A stretch of DNA of 64,000 nt from Solirubrobacterales bacterium (GTDB lineage Bacteria; Actinomycetota; Thermoleophilia; Solirubrobacterales; 70-9). The translations under genes were made by a program, and so were the position numbers. Shown here in pieces: positions 1-8,944 of the stretch (position 1 is its first letter; each line of letters begins with the position of its first letter). Location of the stretch: positions 6,964 through 70,963 of the forward strand of contig DAIRGH010000001.1 of assembly GCA_036794585.1 (NCBI GenBank), written 5' to 3'. Below the pieces are notes generated by a model, which saw only the letters and a program-made list of their open reading frames with translations, did no database searches and was not told where the DNA came from.

Positions 1-1
1 G

Positions 2-859
2 ATGCACGCGATCGTGGGCTCGTTTCCCAGGGCCGAGCTTGCCGTCTACTCCGCGTTCTTTCCCGGCGACTGGAGGGAGGTGGTCAACAACGTGGTCAAC
101 GGTCTCATCGATGTCTCTTCCAAGCGCGTCGACATCGACTTCTGGGACGGGATGACCAGCGTCAGGGGCTACAAGGCGATCCGCTTCTTCGACGCCACTT
201 TCTACAAGACCCCCCATCTGGGCACCTGGGACACCGCGCTCACCTATCTCGAAAACAACGTCTACGCGACGTTCTCGCAGCGCTTTTCCAACTGGCGTTA
301 TGCATGGTCGCGGGTGCACGTCGCGCCCTTCGCCTGGATCGACGACGGCCCCCAGCCCAAACCCGCCTTCGACGACCCTCGCTCAGCAGCCCAGGTCGCC
401 GAGCAGCTGTCGGCGTTTCGCAAGTGGAGCGCAGGCGGCGAGTTCGCCAACTTCGCCTACCGGCGGATCGCGGCCTTTGACTACTCGCCCTACTACGGTG
501 CCATGCGCGCGGCCTCGGCGCCGGCCGGACCACCGGGCCCACGCCCGACGCTCGAGATCAGCGACGCAGCGAGAGCAGGCGGACGAATCACCGTTCAGGG
601 CATTGCCAACGACGACCTTGCGATCCGGGCCGTGCGATGGAGCGACGGCCGCGGTCATCGCGGTGTCGCGCGCCTGGATTGGGAGATCCTCTCCGGCGAC
701 TACCGCTCGGACTACCGTTGGCAGACGCGCTGGTCGATCACGGCCCCCGTGCGCAAGCGAGCGGGCAAGCTCTTCATCCAAGCCGTCGACGTCGAGGGAC
801 GCTCATCGAGACCCGCCGTCGTCGACGTCCGCGAGCCCGCGGGCCGGCGCTCACCCTGA
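2..859 (+). CDS. hypothetical extracytoplasmic protein, C-terminal part (5' end lies outside the window)
   Basis: The frame is open from the window edge to the stop at 857-859. Composition is W/Y/F/N-rich and unlike Arg/Pro-rich shadow ORFs. The last ~90 aa look like an Ig-like beta domain (ITVQGIANDDLAIRAVRWSDG...FIQAVDVEGRSS). No family recognised by eye. Confidence 0.5.
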   Translation: MHAIVGSFPRAELAVYSAFFPGDWREVVNNVVNGLIDVSSKRVDIDFWDGMTSVRGYKAIRFFDATFYKTPHLGTWDTALTYLENNVYATFSQRFSNWRYAWSRVHVAPFAWIDDGPQPKPAFDDPRSAAQVAEQLSAFRKWSAGGEFANFAYRRIAAFDYSPYYGAMRAASAPAGPPGPRPTLEISDAARAGGRITVQGIANDDLAIRAVRWSDGRGHRGVARLDWEILSGDYRSDYRWQTRWSITAPVRKRAGKLFIQAVDVEGRSSRPAVVDVREPAGRRSP

Positions 860-1324
860 GTCGTCGAAGCTGGTGCTCTCGGACGAGTTGTTCGGCTTGT
901 CAGGCTGAGGCTCGGGCTCGGGGGTTGGCGCCGGCGGGGTCGGCGCTGGCTCGGGCGGCGGGGTCGGCGCGGGCTCAGGGGTCGGCGCTGGGGTAGATAC
1001 CGGCTCGGTCTCAGCCGGGACCTCCTCGGGTTCGGTCGTCGGCTCCGGAGCGGGCTGCGGCGTCTCGTCGGGCCGACCCTCGTTCGCTCCGCCGCCCTGG
1101 CGCTGCCTACGCTGGGGCCCGGCGAGGTCGGGGATGCTGCCGTTCAGCGCCAGCTCATCCGCTGCCGGGAGGTTCAGGTTCGGAACTGAGATGCGCGGCG
1201 CAGGCGGCTCGTCGCCGTCGTCATCGGTGATTGCTCGGCCGATGAGGAAGAAGCCGGCGAGGGCCGCGAGCGCCAGTGCGATCACGATCGATCGCTGTCG
1301 CCAAGGTGTCTCACGCTCGCTCAT
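851..1324 (-). CDS. Pro/Thr/Glu-rich single-pass membrane protein
   Basis: The ATG at 1324-1322 overlaps the TGA of the upstream PKD gene, which suggests translational coupling. There is one hydrophobic segment (IVIALALAALAGFFLIG) followed by a low-complexity PAPTPEPAPTPPPEP tail. The track ORF extends to 1369, but the internal Met fits the coupling. Confidence 0.5.
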   Translation of the reverse strand: MSERETPWRQRSIVIALALAALAGFFLIGRAITDDDGDEPPAPRISVPNLNLPAADELALNGSIPDLAGPQRRQRQGGGANEGRPDETPQPAPEPTTEPEEVPAETEPVSTPAPTPEPAPTPPPEPAPTPPAPTPEPEPQPDKPNNSSESTSFDDSG

Positions 1325-2886
1325 CAGCTCGGGCACTTGGTCGGCTCGCGGGATTCGCCCTCGAGGCATTTGTCACGGCGCCTGGGCGCCCTGTCCTTGC
1401 GAATCTTGAAGCGGGTGTACTTGCCGATCACAGTGGGATCGGTGACGAAGACCTCGATCACGACGCCGGGCTTGAGCGACTCCTCGATCGCGGGAAAGCC
1501 GACTCGCACGACCTTGACCGCTCGCACCTTCTCATCGAACGGGCAGTCCTTGTGGCGGCAGGTCACGATGACATCGGTACCTGATTCGGCGCGAACCGAA
1601 AGCCGGTTGACCTCGGTGTTGCCGTTCGGTTTCAGCTCACCCGAGAGCCGAACCACTGGGAACGGACTCATCAACTGGAGTGGCTTCTCGACGACAGCCA
1701 CCGACACGGTCGTGGCGTTCGTGGCGCCGCTTGCGTCGCGAACCCTCAAGCCGACGGTGTGGGTGCCGACCGTGGCGAACGCCCTCTGCGCGGTCACACC
1801 GCTCGCGTCGTCGAATTCGCTGTCGCCGTCGAGGTCCCAGCTCCACTCGACGATCGGGTCGTCGGGGTCGGTGGCAGTCGAGGTGAACTGCACCACGTCG
1901 TCGGTCCTGGGCGACTGAGGGACGAAGACGAACGAGGCGCTGGGGCCGCGGTTGGCGATCGGCACGACGTGGGTGACGATGTCGAAGCCGCCGCCGCTGG
2001 AATCCACTCGCACGCCGATCGTGCGATTGCCCGGCGTCGGATAGGACGTGGTCGTGGTGGGCCCGCTGGCGTCGTCGAACTCGGTGTCGTTGTCCAGGTC
2101 CCAGTTGATCGCGGTGATGGTCTCGCCGGATGGCGCGGTCGAGCCCGAGGCGTCGAGGCTGATCGTGTCGCCGCTGCTGGGCGTGGGCGGCGAGAAGGTG
2201 AACGTCGCGTTCGGCGGGTTGGCCTGCACGAGCACGTCCCGTGTCGCTGTGTCTGAGGCTCCGTCGGAGTCGGTGATCTGGAGGCCGACCGTGTAGGTGT
2301 CGGCCGTCGCGAACGAGGTCGTGACCGTCTCGCCGGTCGCGTCGTCGAACTGGCCATCCTCGTCGAAGTCCCAGTGGTGATTTGCCGACGGGATCGTTCC
2401 GTCGGGGTCGGAGGAGGTGGAGGAGAATGTGATCTGCTCGTTGGTCGCCGGCGTCGACGGCTCGAAGATGAAGCCGGCGGTCGGATCGGCGTTCACCACC
2501 TGGAGCGTGTCGGAATCCGGCGAGCTCACGTCGTTGTCGGCGTCGGTGACTCGGAGTCTCACGGTCACCGGTCCCAGGCTGGAGTAGCTGCGGCTTGCGG
2601 TGGGGCTGGCTCCGGTGTTGACCTCGAAGCCGCCGGTGCCGTCGAGGTCCCACTCATACTTCGTGATCGCGGCGCCACCGATGTCACGGGTCGACCCGGT
2701 CCCGTCGAAGGTCACGGTCTGGTTGCGAAGCGTGGGATTCGGGGAGGCGACGATCGAGGCGGTCGGCGGAAAGCCCGGCAGAGCGGCGGCGGGGGAGGGC
2801 AGGGTGAGCGCGCCCGCGATCAACACGCTCGCGAGCTCGAGCCCGAGGACGATCCGGCGTGCCGTGCCGCGTTGTCTCATACCCAT
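1324..2886 (-). CDS. secreted PKD-repeat protein with a C-terminal Cys4 domain
   Basis: Signal-like N-terminus (RRIVLGLELASVLIAGALTLPSPAAA). At least four PKD-type repeats are visible (TFDGTGSTRD..YEWDLDGTG; FSSTSSDPDGTI..HWDFDEDGQFDD; ISLDASGSTAP..INWDLDNDTEFDD; FTSTATDPDDPIVEWSWDLDGDSEFDD). The C-terminal ~115 aa are shared with the protein at 10148-11146. Confidence 0.85.
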   Translation of the reverse strand: MGMRQRGTARRIVLGLELASVLIAGALTLPSPAAALPGFPPTASIVASPNPTLRNQTVTFDGTGSTRDIGGAAITKYEWDLDGTGGFEVNTGASPTASRSYSSLGPVTVRLRVTDADNDVSSPDSDTLQVVNADPTAGFIFEPSTPATNEQITFSSTSSDPDGTIPSANHHWDFDEDGQFDDATGETVTTSFATADTYTVGLQITDSDGASDTATRDVLVQANPPNATFTFSPPTPSSGDTISLDASGSTAPSGETITAINWDLDNDTEFDDASGPTTTTSYPTPGNRTIGVRVDSSGGGFDIVTHVVPIANRGPSASFVFVPQSPRTDDVVQFTSTATDPDDPIVEWSWDLDGDSEFDDASGVTAQRAFATVGTHTVGLRVRDASGATNATTVSVAVVEKPLQLMSPFPVVRLSGELKPNGNTEVNRLSVRAESGTDVIVTCRHKDCPFDEKVRAVKVVRVGFPAIEESLKPGVVIEVFVTDPTVIGKYTRFKIRKDRAPRRRDKCLEGESREPTKCPS

Positions 2887-3017
2887 GTCAATAACCCCCC
2901 GCGCCTACGGGAAATGTCACCCCTCGCCCCGTGAGACTAGCGTCGATTTGGCCTCTGCGAGCCGGTAATTCGTCTAGCGCCAGCGTGCCTGCGGCTGCGG
3001 GTCCTATCCTGGCTCCG

Positions 3018-4727
3018 GTGCTGCGCAGGGCCCTCCTCGGATTCGTGATCTTCGCCTTCGCACCGGCCGCGGCGGCTGCCGCGACGCTGGAGCCGGTCGG
3101 CAGCTACGTGAGCCCGATGTTCGTCACCTCTGACCCGCACGATCCCGACCGGCTGTTCGTGGTCGAGCAGGAGGGCGAGATCGAGCTCACGACCCCCTCG
3201 GAGACGTCGACGTACCTCGACATCAAGAGCCTCGTCCTATCCGGCGGCGAGCGGGGGTTGCTCTCGGCGGCGTTTCCGGCCGATTACGACCAGACCGGCC
3301 TCTTCTACGCCTTCTACACGGGCAAGCCCGAGGGCAACATCCACATCGACGAGTTCCGCGCCTCGGGCAACACGGTCGATCCGGCGACCCGTCGCCCGGT
3401 GCTCACGATCGATCACGCCGCTTTCGGCAACCACAACGGCGGCCAGCTTCAGTTCGGTCCCGATGGCTTCCTCTACATCGCCACCGGCGACGGTGGCGGC
3501 AGTGGCGACGAGCTCGAGAACGCCCAGGACCTGACCTCGCTGCTCGGCAAGATCCTCCGCATCGACCCGCGCCAGGCCGGCGGCTCGCCCTACACGATCC
3601 CGCCCGGCAATCCCTTCGGCGACGAGATCTGGAGCTACGGGCTGCGCAACCCATGGCGCTTCTCCTTCGACCGCTCCACCGGCGACCTGCTGATCGGCGA
3701 CGTGGGCCAGGACGCGTGGGAAGAAGTGGACTACGTCCCCGAGTCCGCCGGCTGGGGCCAGGGCGCGAACTTCGGCTGGGACTGCCGCGAGGGCGCGCAC
3801 GAGTTCGAGCCCGCCGGGTGCGCGGGGCCGTTCACCGAGCCCGTGTTCGAGTACCCGAATGATCCCAGCGGCCCATCCTCGGTCACCGGTGGCTACGTCG
3901 TCCGCGACCCCGCCGTCGCCGATCTCTTCGGCCGCTACGTATATGCGGACGTCTATGCGGGGCCGGTCCGCTCCCTCGTTCCCGCGACGCCGGCAGCGAC
4001 AGACGACCGCGGCGAGGGGATCACGGTCCCCAACCCGTCGAGCTTCGGCGAGGACGCCTGCGGGCGCGTCTACGTCGCCTCGCTGGGCGGCGAGGTCTCA
4101 CGGTTCGCGGGCAGCGCCAGCATCGATTGCCTGACCCGGTCGCTATCGGTGCAGAACACGGGCATCGGCGCCGGCAGCGGCCGCGTGACCGGTCCGGGGA
4201 TCGACTGCCTCGGCGACTGTGGTCAGTCGTTCTTCGACGGACAACGGGTCCGGCTCTTCGCGCAGCCCGACGACGGATCTCGGTTCGTCGGCTGGGGCGG
4301 CGCCTGTGGCGGCACGGCGGGCTGCGCGCTCACGCTCTTCGCCGACCAGACCGTCAGCGCGCAGTTCGAGCGCAAGTTCGAGTCCGGCCTCGTGATCGAG
4401 GCCAAGCGCCGCCGCATTCGGCGGGGCGACAGGGTGCGGCTCGAGCTCCAGGCTGAGCCGTGCCCTGGTCGCGCGGGTGACGAGGTCGCGGTGAGCAAGC
4501 GTGGTAGGCAGCACTCCTTCCACGTCCTCGACCAGGACTGCAGCGCCCACTTCCGCATCCGACCACGGCGCACCGCGAGCTTCGGAGCGATGCTGAACAC
4601 CGACGAGCTGCACGAAGCCGGCGAAGCGACGCCGGTGAAGATCAAGGTTCGCCGCCGGCGCGCCGGCCGAACGGCCAACGGCGTCGACGCGGCCCCTGCT
4701 CGGGCGAAACAGGAGCAGGAAAGATGA
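3018..4727 (+). CDS. PQQ-dependent sugar (glucose/sorbosone-type) dehydrogenase with a C-terminal extension
   Basis: Beta-propeller family motifs are present: HNGGQLQFGPDGFLYIATGDGGG, LGKILRIDP, NPFGDEIWSYGLRNPWRFSFD and GDVGQDAWEEVD. The ORF opens at 2931, but a GTG at 3018 directly precedes a signal-like segment (VLRRALLGFVIFAFAPAAAAAA). The start is uncertain. Confidence 0.85.
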   Translation: MLRRALLGFVIFAFAPAAAAAATLEPVGSYVSPMFVTSDPHDPDRLFVVEQEGEIELTTPSETSTYLDIKSLVLSGGERGLLSAAFPADYDQTGLFYAFYTGKPEGNIHIDEFRASGNTVDPATRRPVLTIDHAAFGNHNGGQLQFGPDGFLYIATGDGGGSGDELENAQDLTSLLGKILRIDPRQAGGSPYTIPPGNPFGDEIWSYGLRNPWRFSFDRSTGDLLIGDVGQDAWEEVDYVPESAGWGQGANFGWDCREGAHEFEPAGCAGPFTEPVFEYPNDPSGPSSVTGGYVVRDPAVADLFGRYVYADVYAGPVRSLVPATPAATDDRGEGITVPNPSSFGEDACGRVYVASLGGEVSRFAGSASIDCLTRSLSVQNTGIGAGSGRVTGPGIDCLGDCGQSFFDGQRVRLFAQPDDGSRFVGWGGACGGTAGCALTLFADQTVSAQFERKFESGLVIEAKRRRIRRGDRVRLELQAEPCPGRAGDEVAVSKRGRQHSFHVLDQDCSAHFRIRPRRTASFGAMLNTDELHEAGEATPVKIKVRRRRAGRTANGVDAAPARAKQEQER

Positions 4728-5154
4728 TCGCGGCCTTTGGGTGATCAGCCGCCCCGTCTTCGGCGGGCCCGTCGGTTTCGGGCTCGACGATCTCGGTCCG
4801 CCGCCTCTCCAGCTCGGCGCGAAGGCGACTCACCTCTGCCTCGGCCTCCTCGCGGCGCCTCGTCTCCGCCGTCAGGTCGGCCTCGAGGGCCTCGATCTCC
4901 CCGACGACAAGCTGCTCGGCCTCGTCCCGTGCGGCTCTGGCGGCTTCGCCCACCCGCTCGGCGATCTCGTCCTCTGAAGCTGCCGATTCAGGCACGCCAT
5001 TGCCGGCGCTCGCGTTTGGCGCCTCAACTTTGGAAGCCGCAGGCTTGCGACGGGGTCGACCCCTACCCATGCGCCGCGATTTTACGGTGGATTGGAGTGG
5101 GAGAAGGGTTGGTTCGGTTGTCACACCCTGCGCCGAGTAGATTCTCGCGCTCAA
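4642..5154 (-). CDS. hypothetical coiled-coil protein
   Basis: A Glu/Ala/Arg heptad-like core (DEAEQLVVGEIEALEADLTAETRRREEAEAEVSRLRAELERRR) looks genuinely coding. The ends look less so. It overlaps the 3' end of the PQQ-dehydrogenase gene convergently by ~86 nt. The start may be the internal MGRGRPRR. Confidence 0.35.
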   Translation of the reverse strand: MSARIYSAQGVTTEPTLLPLQSTVKSRRMGRGRPRRKPAASKVEAPNASAGNGVPESAASEDEIAERVGEAARAARDEAEQLVVGEIEALEADLTAETRRREEAEAEVSRLRAELERRRTEIVEPETDGPAEDGAADHPKAAIIFPAPVSPEQGPRRRRWPFGRRAGGEP

Positions 5155-6296
5155 TGGATTTCTCGCTAACCGACGAACAACGAAATTTCGTCGAGGCGAT
5201 CCGCGACTTCTGCGCCCGCGAGTGTGGAACGCAGGAGCAGCGTGAGCGCCTGACCGGCGGCTACGAGCACGCCCACTCAGCCGAGATCTATAAGAAGATG
5301 GCCGACCTCGGCTGGCTCGGGGTGACCATCGACGAGGAGCACGGCGGCTCGGGCGGCGGCATGGTCGACGCCTGCTTGTTCATGGAGGAGACGGCGCGCG
5401 GGCTGGCGCCGATCGGCGGCTACGGCACGACGCTGATCGTCGCCGGCGCCGTGGAGCGCTTCGGCTCTGACGAACAGAAGCAGCGCATCCTCGGAGCCAT
5501 CGCCAAAGGCTCGGTCGAGGCGATCGCGATGACCGAGCCCGAGGCCGGCTCGGACGTGGGCTCGCTCACCACCAGCGCCGAGCGGGTCAACGGCGGCTAC
5601 GTGCTCAACGGCCAGAAGGTCTTCTGCTCCAACGCCCACATCTCCGACCACGTGCTGGTCGTCTGCCGCACCACCAAGGGCGAGTCAAAGCACGACGGCC
5701 TCTCGATGATCTTCATCCCCACCGACAACGGCCAGATGGAGATCAAGCCGATCGACACGATGGGCGGCCGCGAGACCAACTACCTCTACCTCTCCGACTG
5801 CGAGGCACCCGAGGACGCCGTGCTCGGCGAGGTCGACCAGGCCTGGATGCAGCTGATGGCCGGGCTCAACGTCGAGCGCCTGATCCTCGCCGCGATCCAG
5901 CTCGGCATCGGCCAGCGCGCCTTCGACGACACCCTCGCCTACGTCAAGGAGCGCCGCCAGTTCGGCCGCCCGATCGGCTCCTTTCAGGCCCTTCAGCACC
6001 GCCTCGCCGACATCGCCACCGAGCTCGAGGCGGCTCGCCTGATGACCTACTGGGTCGCCTCGAAGGTCGACGAGGACCCCAACCGCCTGCTGCCCCGCGA
6101 GGCCTCGATGGTCAAGCTCAAGGTGACCGAGACGGCGCAGAAGGCGTCACTGGAGGGAATGCAGATGCTCGGCGGCTACGGCTACTCCTCCGAGTACGAC
6201 ATGGAGCGCCTGGTCCGCCAGACCCTGGTCTCGACGATCTACGGCGGGACGTCAGAGATCCAGCGCAACATCATCGCCAAGACGTACGGGCTGTAG
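5154..6296 (+). CDS. acyl-CoA dehydrogenase
   Basis: MDFSLTDEQRNFVEAIRDF..., AIAMTEPEAGSDVGSL, and a C-terminal QMLGGYGYSSEYDMERLVRQTLVSTIYGGTSEIQRNIIAK are typical ACAD signatures. The start was moved to the ATG at 5154 because the 139 upstream codons of the track ORF are Arg/Pro-rich shadow sequence. Confidence 0.9.
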   Translation: MDFSLTDEQRNFVEAIRDFCARECGTQEQRERLTGGYEHAHSAEIYKKMADLGWLGVTIDEEHGGSGGGMVDACLFMEETARGLAPIGGYGTTLIVAGAVERFGSDEQKQRILGAIAKGSVEAIAMTEPEAGSDVGSLTTSAERVNGGYVLNGQKVFCSNAHISDHVLVVCRTTKGESKHDGLSMIFIPTDNGQMEIKPIDTMGGRETNYLYLSDCEAPEDAVLGEVDQAWMQLMAGLNVERLILAAIQLGIGQRAFDDTLAYVKERRQFGRPIGSFQALQHRLADIATELEAARLMTYWVASKVDEDPNRLLPREASMVKLKVTETAQKASLEGMQMLGGYGYSSEYDMERLVRQTLVSTIYGGTSEIQRNIIAKTYGL

Positions 6297-6302
6297 GCCG
6301 CG

Positions 6303-7466
6303 TTACGGGCGAGACGCGGTCTCGCGCGCCACTTCGGCCAGCGTGAAGTTGGGTTCCTGGTCGAAGTGACGCTGCAGCCGGCTGCGGAACACGTCGAGGC
6401 GGCGGACCGCCTCTGAATGGCGGTCCAGCATCAGACAGATGCGGAGCATCTCGCGCTGGACGTCGGCGTCGAGTGGCTCCATCTCGGCGAGGTCGCGGGC
6501 GTGCACGGCAGCCGCTTCGACATCCGATCGGCGCAGCTCGACCTGGACGAGGATGCGCAGCATCTGCGCGGCCAGCGAGCGCAGGCGATCGCGCTCGCGC
6601 TCGGCCCATTCGGCCGCGAGCTCGTCGGCGAGAAAGTCGCCGCGGTAGAGCGCGCGGCCCTGCAGCATCCATTCGCGGGCGGCTTCTTCGTTGCCACGGC
6701 GAAAGGCGCGCTTTCCCAGCTTGACTCGATGCTCGAACTCGTCTGCGTCGATCCACACGCCCTCCAGCGCGTAGCCTCCCTTGCGGGTGACCAGGTAGGC
6801 CGACGGGGCCCGTGGTGGTCGGTTCGGCTCGAGGTGGGCGCGCAGCTGATACACGGTCTGGCGCACCGCGCTTGCGCTCTCGACCCGCGCCGGCGACACC
6901 GACAGAGCCTCAGCGATCTGATCGGTCGAAACCGAGCGCAGCCGCTCCGTGACCAGATAGCGCAGCAGGGTGCCCGGGCGGTTGTTGATCCACGGTCCGA
7001 CAAGCGGCCCCTCCGGGCTCGTGACCTCGAGCCTGCCGAGCGTGGTGATCCGAAGCGCCGGGAGGTCGAAGAAGTCGACGGTCGACACCCGCCTGCGGTC
7101 CGACGCCGCGCCCGGGCGCAGCTGAAAGATGACAAGCGGCGGCCGCTCGCGGACCTTGAACGCCGCCACCCACGTCGCGACTGTCTTGCCGCTATCGCTG
7201 GTGAGGTCGATCCTCACCTCCTGGGGCGAGGTAACGCCCCTGAGCGCAACGTCGGTCAGGCACGCGCCGCCGAGCGCCTCGCGCGGCGCGCGGGCGCAGA
7301 TCAACTCACAGCACGTGGCGCCTCGGCCCCTCAACAGCTCGCGGCCGCGCGGGTTCGACGCGACCAGGCGGCGGTGCTGGTCGGCGACGACGAGCGCGAA
7401 CGGAAAGCCCTCGAAGACGCCTGACCACTCGCCCGAGTCGTGGATGATCCAGTCGCCCGTGCGCAA
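6303..7466 (-). CDS. SARP/AfsR-DnrI-type transcriptional regulator (winged-helix + BTAD) with an N-terminal Cys-rich PAS-like domain
   Basis: OmpR/SARP-like DNA-binding part (LRITTLGRLEVTSPEGPLVG..RPGTLLRYLVTERLRSVSTDQIAEAL..YLVTRKGGYAL). BTAD part (IDADEFEHRV..ALYRGDFLADE..AEWAERERDRLRSL). The N-terminal ~120 aa carry a CC-x3-C-x11-C motif (TCCELICARAPREALGGAC). Paralogue of 8945-10138. Confidence 0.8.
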   Translation of the reverse strand: MRTGDWIIHDSGEWSGVFEGFPFALVVADQHRRLVASNPRGRELLRGRGATCCELICARAPREALGGACLTDVALRGVTSPQEVRIDLTSDSGKTVATWVAAFKVRERPPLVIFQLRPGAASDRRRVSTVDFFDLPALRITTLGRLEVTSPEGPLVGPWINNRPGTLLRYLVTERLRSVSTDQIAEALSVSPARVESASAVRQTVYQLRAHLEPNRPPRAPSAYLVTRKGGYALEGVWIDADEFEHRVKLGKRAFRRGNEEAAREWMLQGRALYRGDFLADELAAEWAERERDRLRSLAAQMLRILVQVELRRSDVEAAAVHARDLAEMEPLDADVQREMLRICLMLDRHSEAVRRLDVFRSRLQRHFDQEPNFTLAEVARETASRP

Positions 7467-7519
7467 TGCAGCTCACGCCTACCTTAGCCTCACGCGGGCG
7501 TCGGCCGTGGCAGTTTGTG

Positions 7520-8056
7520 TTATCGCGGCAGCGTTCGTTCAGCCCGCGGTCTCGAGGCCGACCCACCGGCCTCATCACGACCGATCGGATTCGGCGTGCA
7601 GGCGCGAGCTGCCTTGGCGATCGCGGCGCTCAGCTCGGCTTTTACCTCCGCCGTCTCGAGCGCGAGGCGCTCGGCGATCTCGCTGTCCGACCAGCCCTTG
7701 GTCGCCAGGTGAAGGATCCGCCGCTCGCTGGCCGAGAGAGGGGCCGCCGGATCGTCTGCGCTCGCACCCGGGACGAAGCGGCCCGCGATGACCTCGCGGA
7801 TCGTCACCCCGAGCGCATCTTCCTCGCATTCGATGAATGTGACCGCGTCGCCGGGTGATGGCTGCAGAAGGATCACCCGCACCGGCGAGCTCGTCGTGTG
7901 CTTGCCATCCGAATCGGCAGCGTTTGCCGCGTCGTGAAGCTTGAACGCGTCGTAGATCTGCCCCCCGACCTCCGAGTCGCGGTCGACGATGGCAACCGTC
8001 AATCGCGCCTCGCGCGCAGGAGAATCCTCCCGATTCACGCTGACCGCTTCGACCAT
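7520..8056 (-). CDS. LuxR-type HTH protein with a degenerate receiver-like N-terminal part
   Basis: C-terminal LuxR/GerE-type HTH (LSASERRILHLATKGWSDSEIAERLALETAEVKAELSAAI). It lies 79 nt downstream of the ECF sigma gene on the same strand. The N-terminal domain could not be assigned. Confidence 0.65.
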   Translation of the reverse strand: MVEAVSVNREDSPAREARLTVAIVDRDSEVGGQIYDAFKLHDAANAADSDGKHTTSSPVRVILLQPSPGDAVTFIECEEDALGVTIREVIAGRFVPGASADDPAAPLSASERRILHLATKGWSDSEIAERLALETAEVKAELSAAIAKAARACTPNPIGRDEAGGSASRPRAERTLPR

Positions 8057-8134
8057 TGCGTGATCTACGGCTTGATGAGAGCCGTTCTTACATTTACGAC
8101 TTTAAAACCTCGCGCTGGACCTGGTCGCTAACCG

Positions 8135-8776
8135 TCAGCTGGCCGCGCCCATGGCCACCGGCGCCGAGTCGCGCATCAGGAGCTCTTCTCGCAATGCCCG
8201 GCGAGCGCGGTGATGCAGCGTGTGGATCGCGCCCTCGGTCTTGCCCATCTGCTGGGCGATCTCAGGCGGAGACATCCCGACGATGTGGCGCATCACCAGC
8301 ACGTGGCGCTGGCGCTGGGGCAGCGCGCGCAGCGCTTCCTTCAACGCGTCACGGCGCTCCATCGCCACGGTGTCGGGCTCGCCCGCGTCGGGGGCCACGA
8401 CTTCCTCGCAGTAGATCATCCGGTTACCGCGCAGATGGTCGATGGCGCAGTTGCGGGCGATTCGCAGCAGCCAGGCGACGAACGGGACCGACCTCTCCTG
8501 GTAGGTACTGATCTTGGTCAGCAGCTTCGCGAAGACGTGCTGGGTGACATCCTCTGCCGAGTGGTCGTCTTGCACGATCGTGCGCACGTAGCTGTAGACG
8601 TTGTCGGCGTAACGCTTGTAGAGCTCGTGAAGTGCCGCGCTGTCCCCGCGCTGCGCGGCGGCGATCACAAGCCGCAGTCGGGTGCGATCGACGGCACCCT
8701 CCTCGGCGAGCGACCTGCGAATTCTGAACACGGCAAGGTCGCCGTCTCGATCTTGGTTACTCGATAGTGGACTCAC
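8135..8776 (-). CDS. ECF-type RNA polymerase sigma-70 family factor
   Basis: Region 2 (AEDVTQHVFAKLLTKISTYQERSVPFVAWLLRIARNCAIDHLR) and region 4 (LPQRQRHVLVMRHIVGMSPPEIAQQMGKTEGAIHTLHHRARRALR) are both present. Confidence 0.85.
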   Translation of the reverse strand: MSPLSSNQDRDGDLAVFRIRRSLAEEGAVDRTRLRLVIAAAQRGDSAALHELYKRYADNVYSYVRTIVQDDHSAEDVTQHVFAKLLTKISTYQERSVPFVAWLLRIARNCAIDHLRGNRMIYCEEVVAPDAGEPDTVAMERRDALKEALRALPQRQRHVLVMRHIVGMSPPEIAQQMGKTEGAIHTLHHRARRALREELLMRDSAPVAMGAAS

Positions 8777-8944
8777 CCTAACCTCCGTGCGGGCCGAGCG
8801 TCATGCTCAGCGAGGTGGCGCACCATAGAGTCGCTGTGTTAGATGGTGGTGAATAATCGCGTTAGCTGGTAGTTTGGCTGCAGAGACCGGCCTGTCCATT
8901 CGTCTAGTCTTCTGTGTCGCAGGGGGCAGGTCAGTTCGCGGCTT

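Noticed and set aside
880-1010. Repetitive GC-rich DNA (ggctcggg / ggtcggcgc units) that might be mistaken for a repeat array
   Set aside because: The units are irregular and have no spacers. On the minus strand they encode the PAPTPEP low-complexity tail of a membrane protein. This is not CRISPR-like.
1637-2653. Long alternative-frame and antisense ORFs in the track, for example 1637-2653(-), 6417-7424(+), 29258-30115(-), 29901-30701(-), 48328-49224(-), 55027-55920(+) and 60252-61004(+)
   Set aside because: All overlap strongly supported genes. They have Arg/Pro/Gly/Ala-dominated, motif-free translations, as expected for shadow ORFs in ~70% GC DNA.
4737-5153. The 139-codon N-terminal extension of the acyl-CoA dehydrogenase track ORF
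   Set aside because: It is extremely Arg/Pro/Ser-rich (RLRRARRFRARRSRSAASPARR...), which is typical of an off-frame translation of GC-rich DNA. The ACAD fold begins at MDFSLTDEQ (ATG at 5154). The region is better explained by the opposite-strand coiled-coil ORF.
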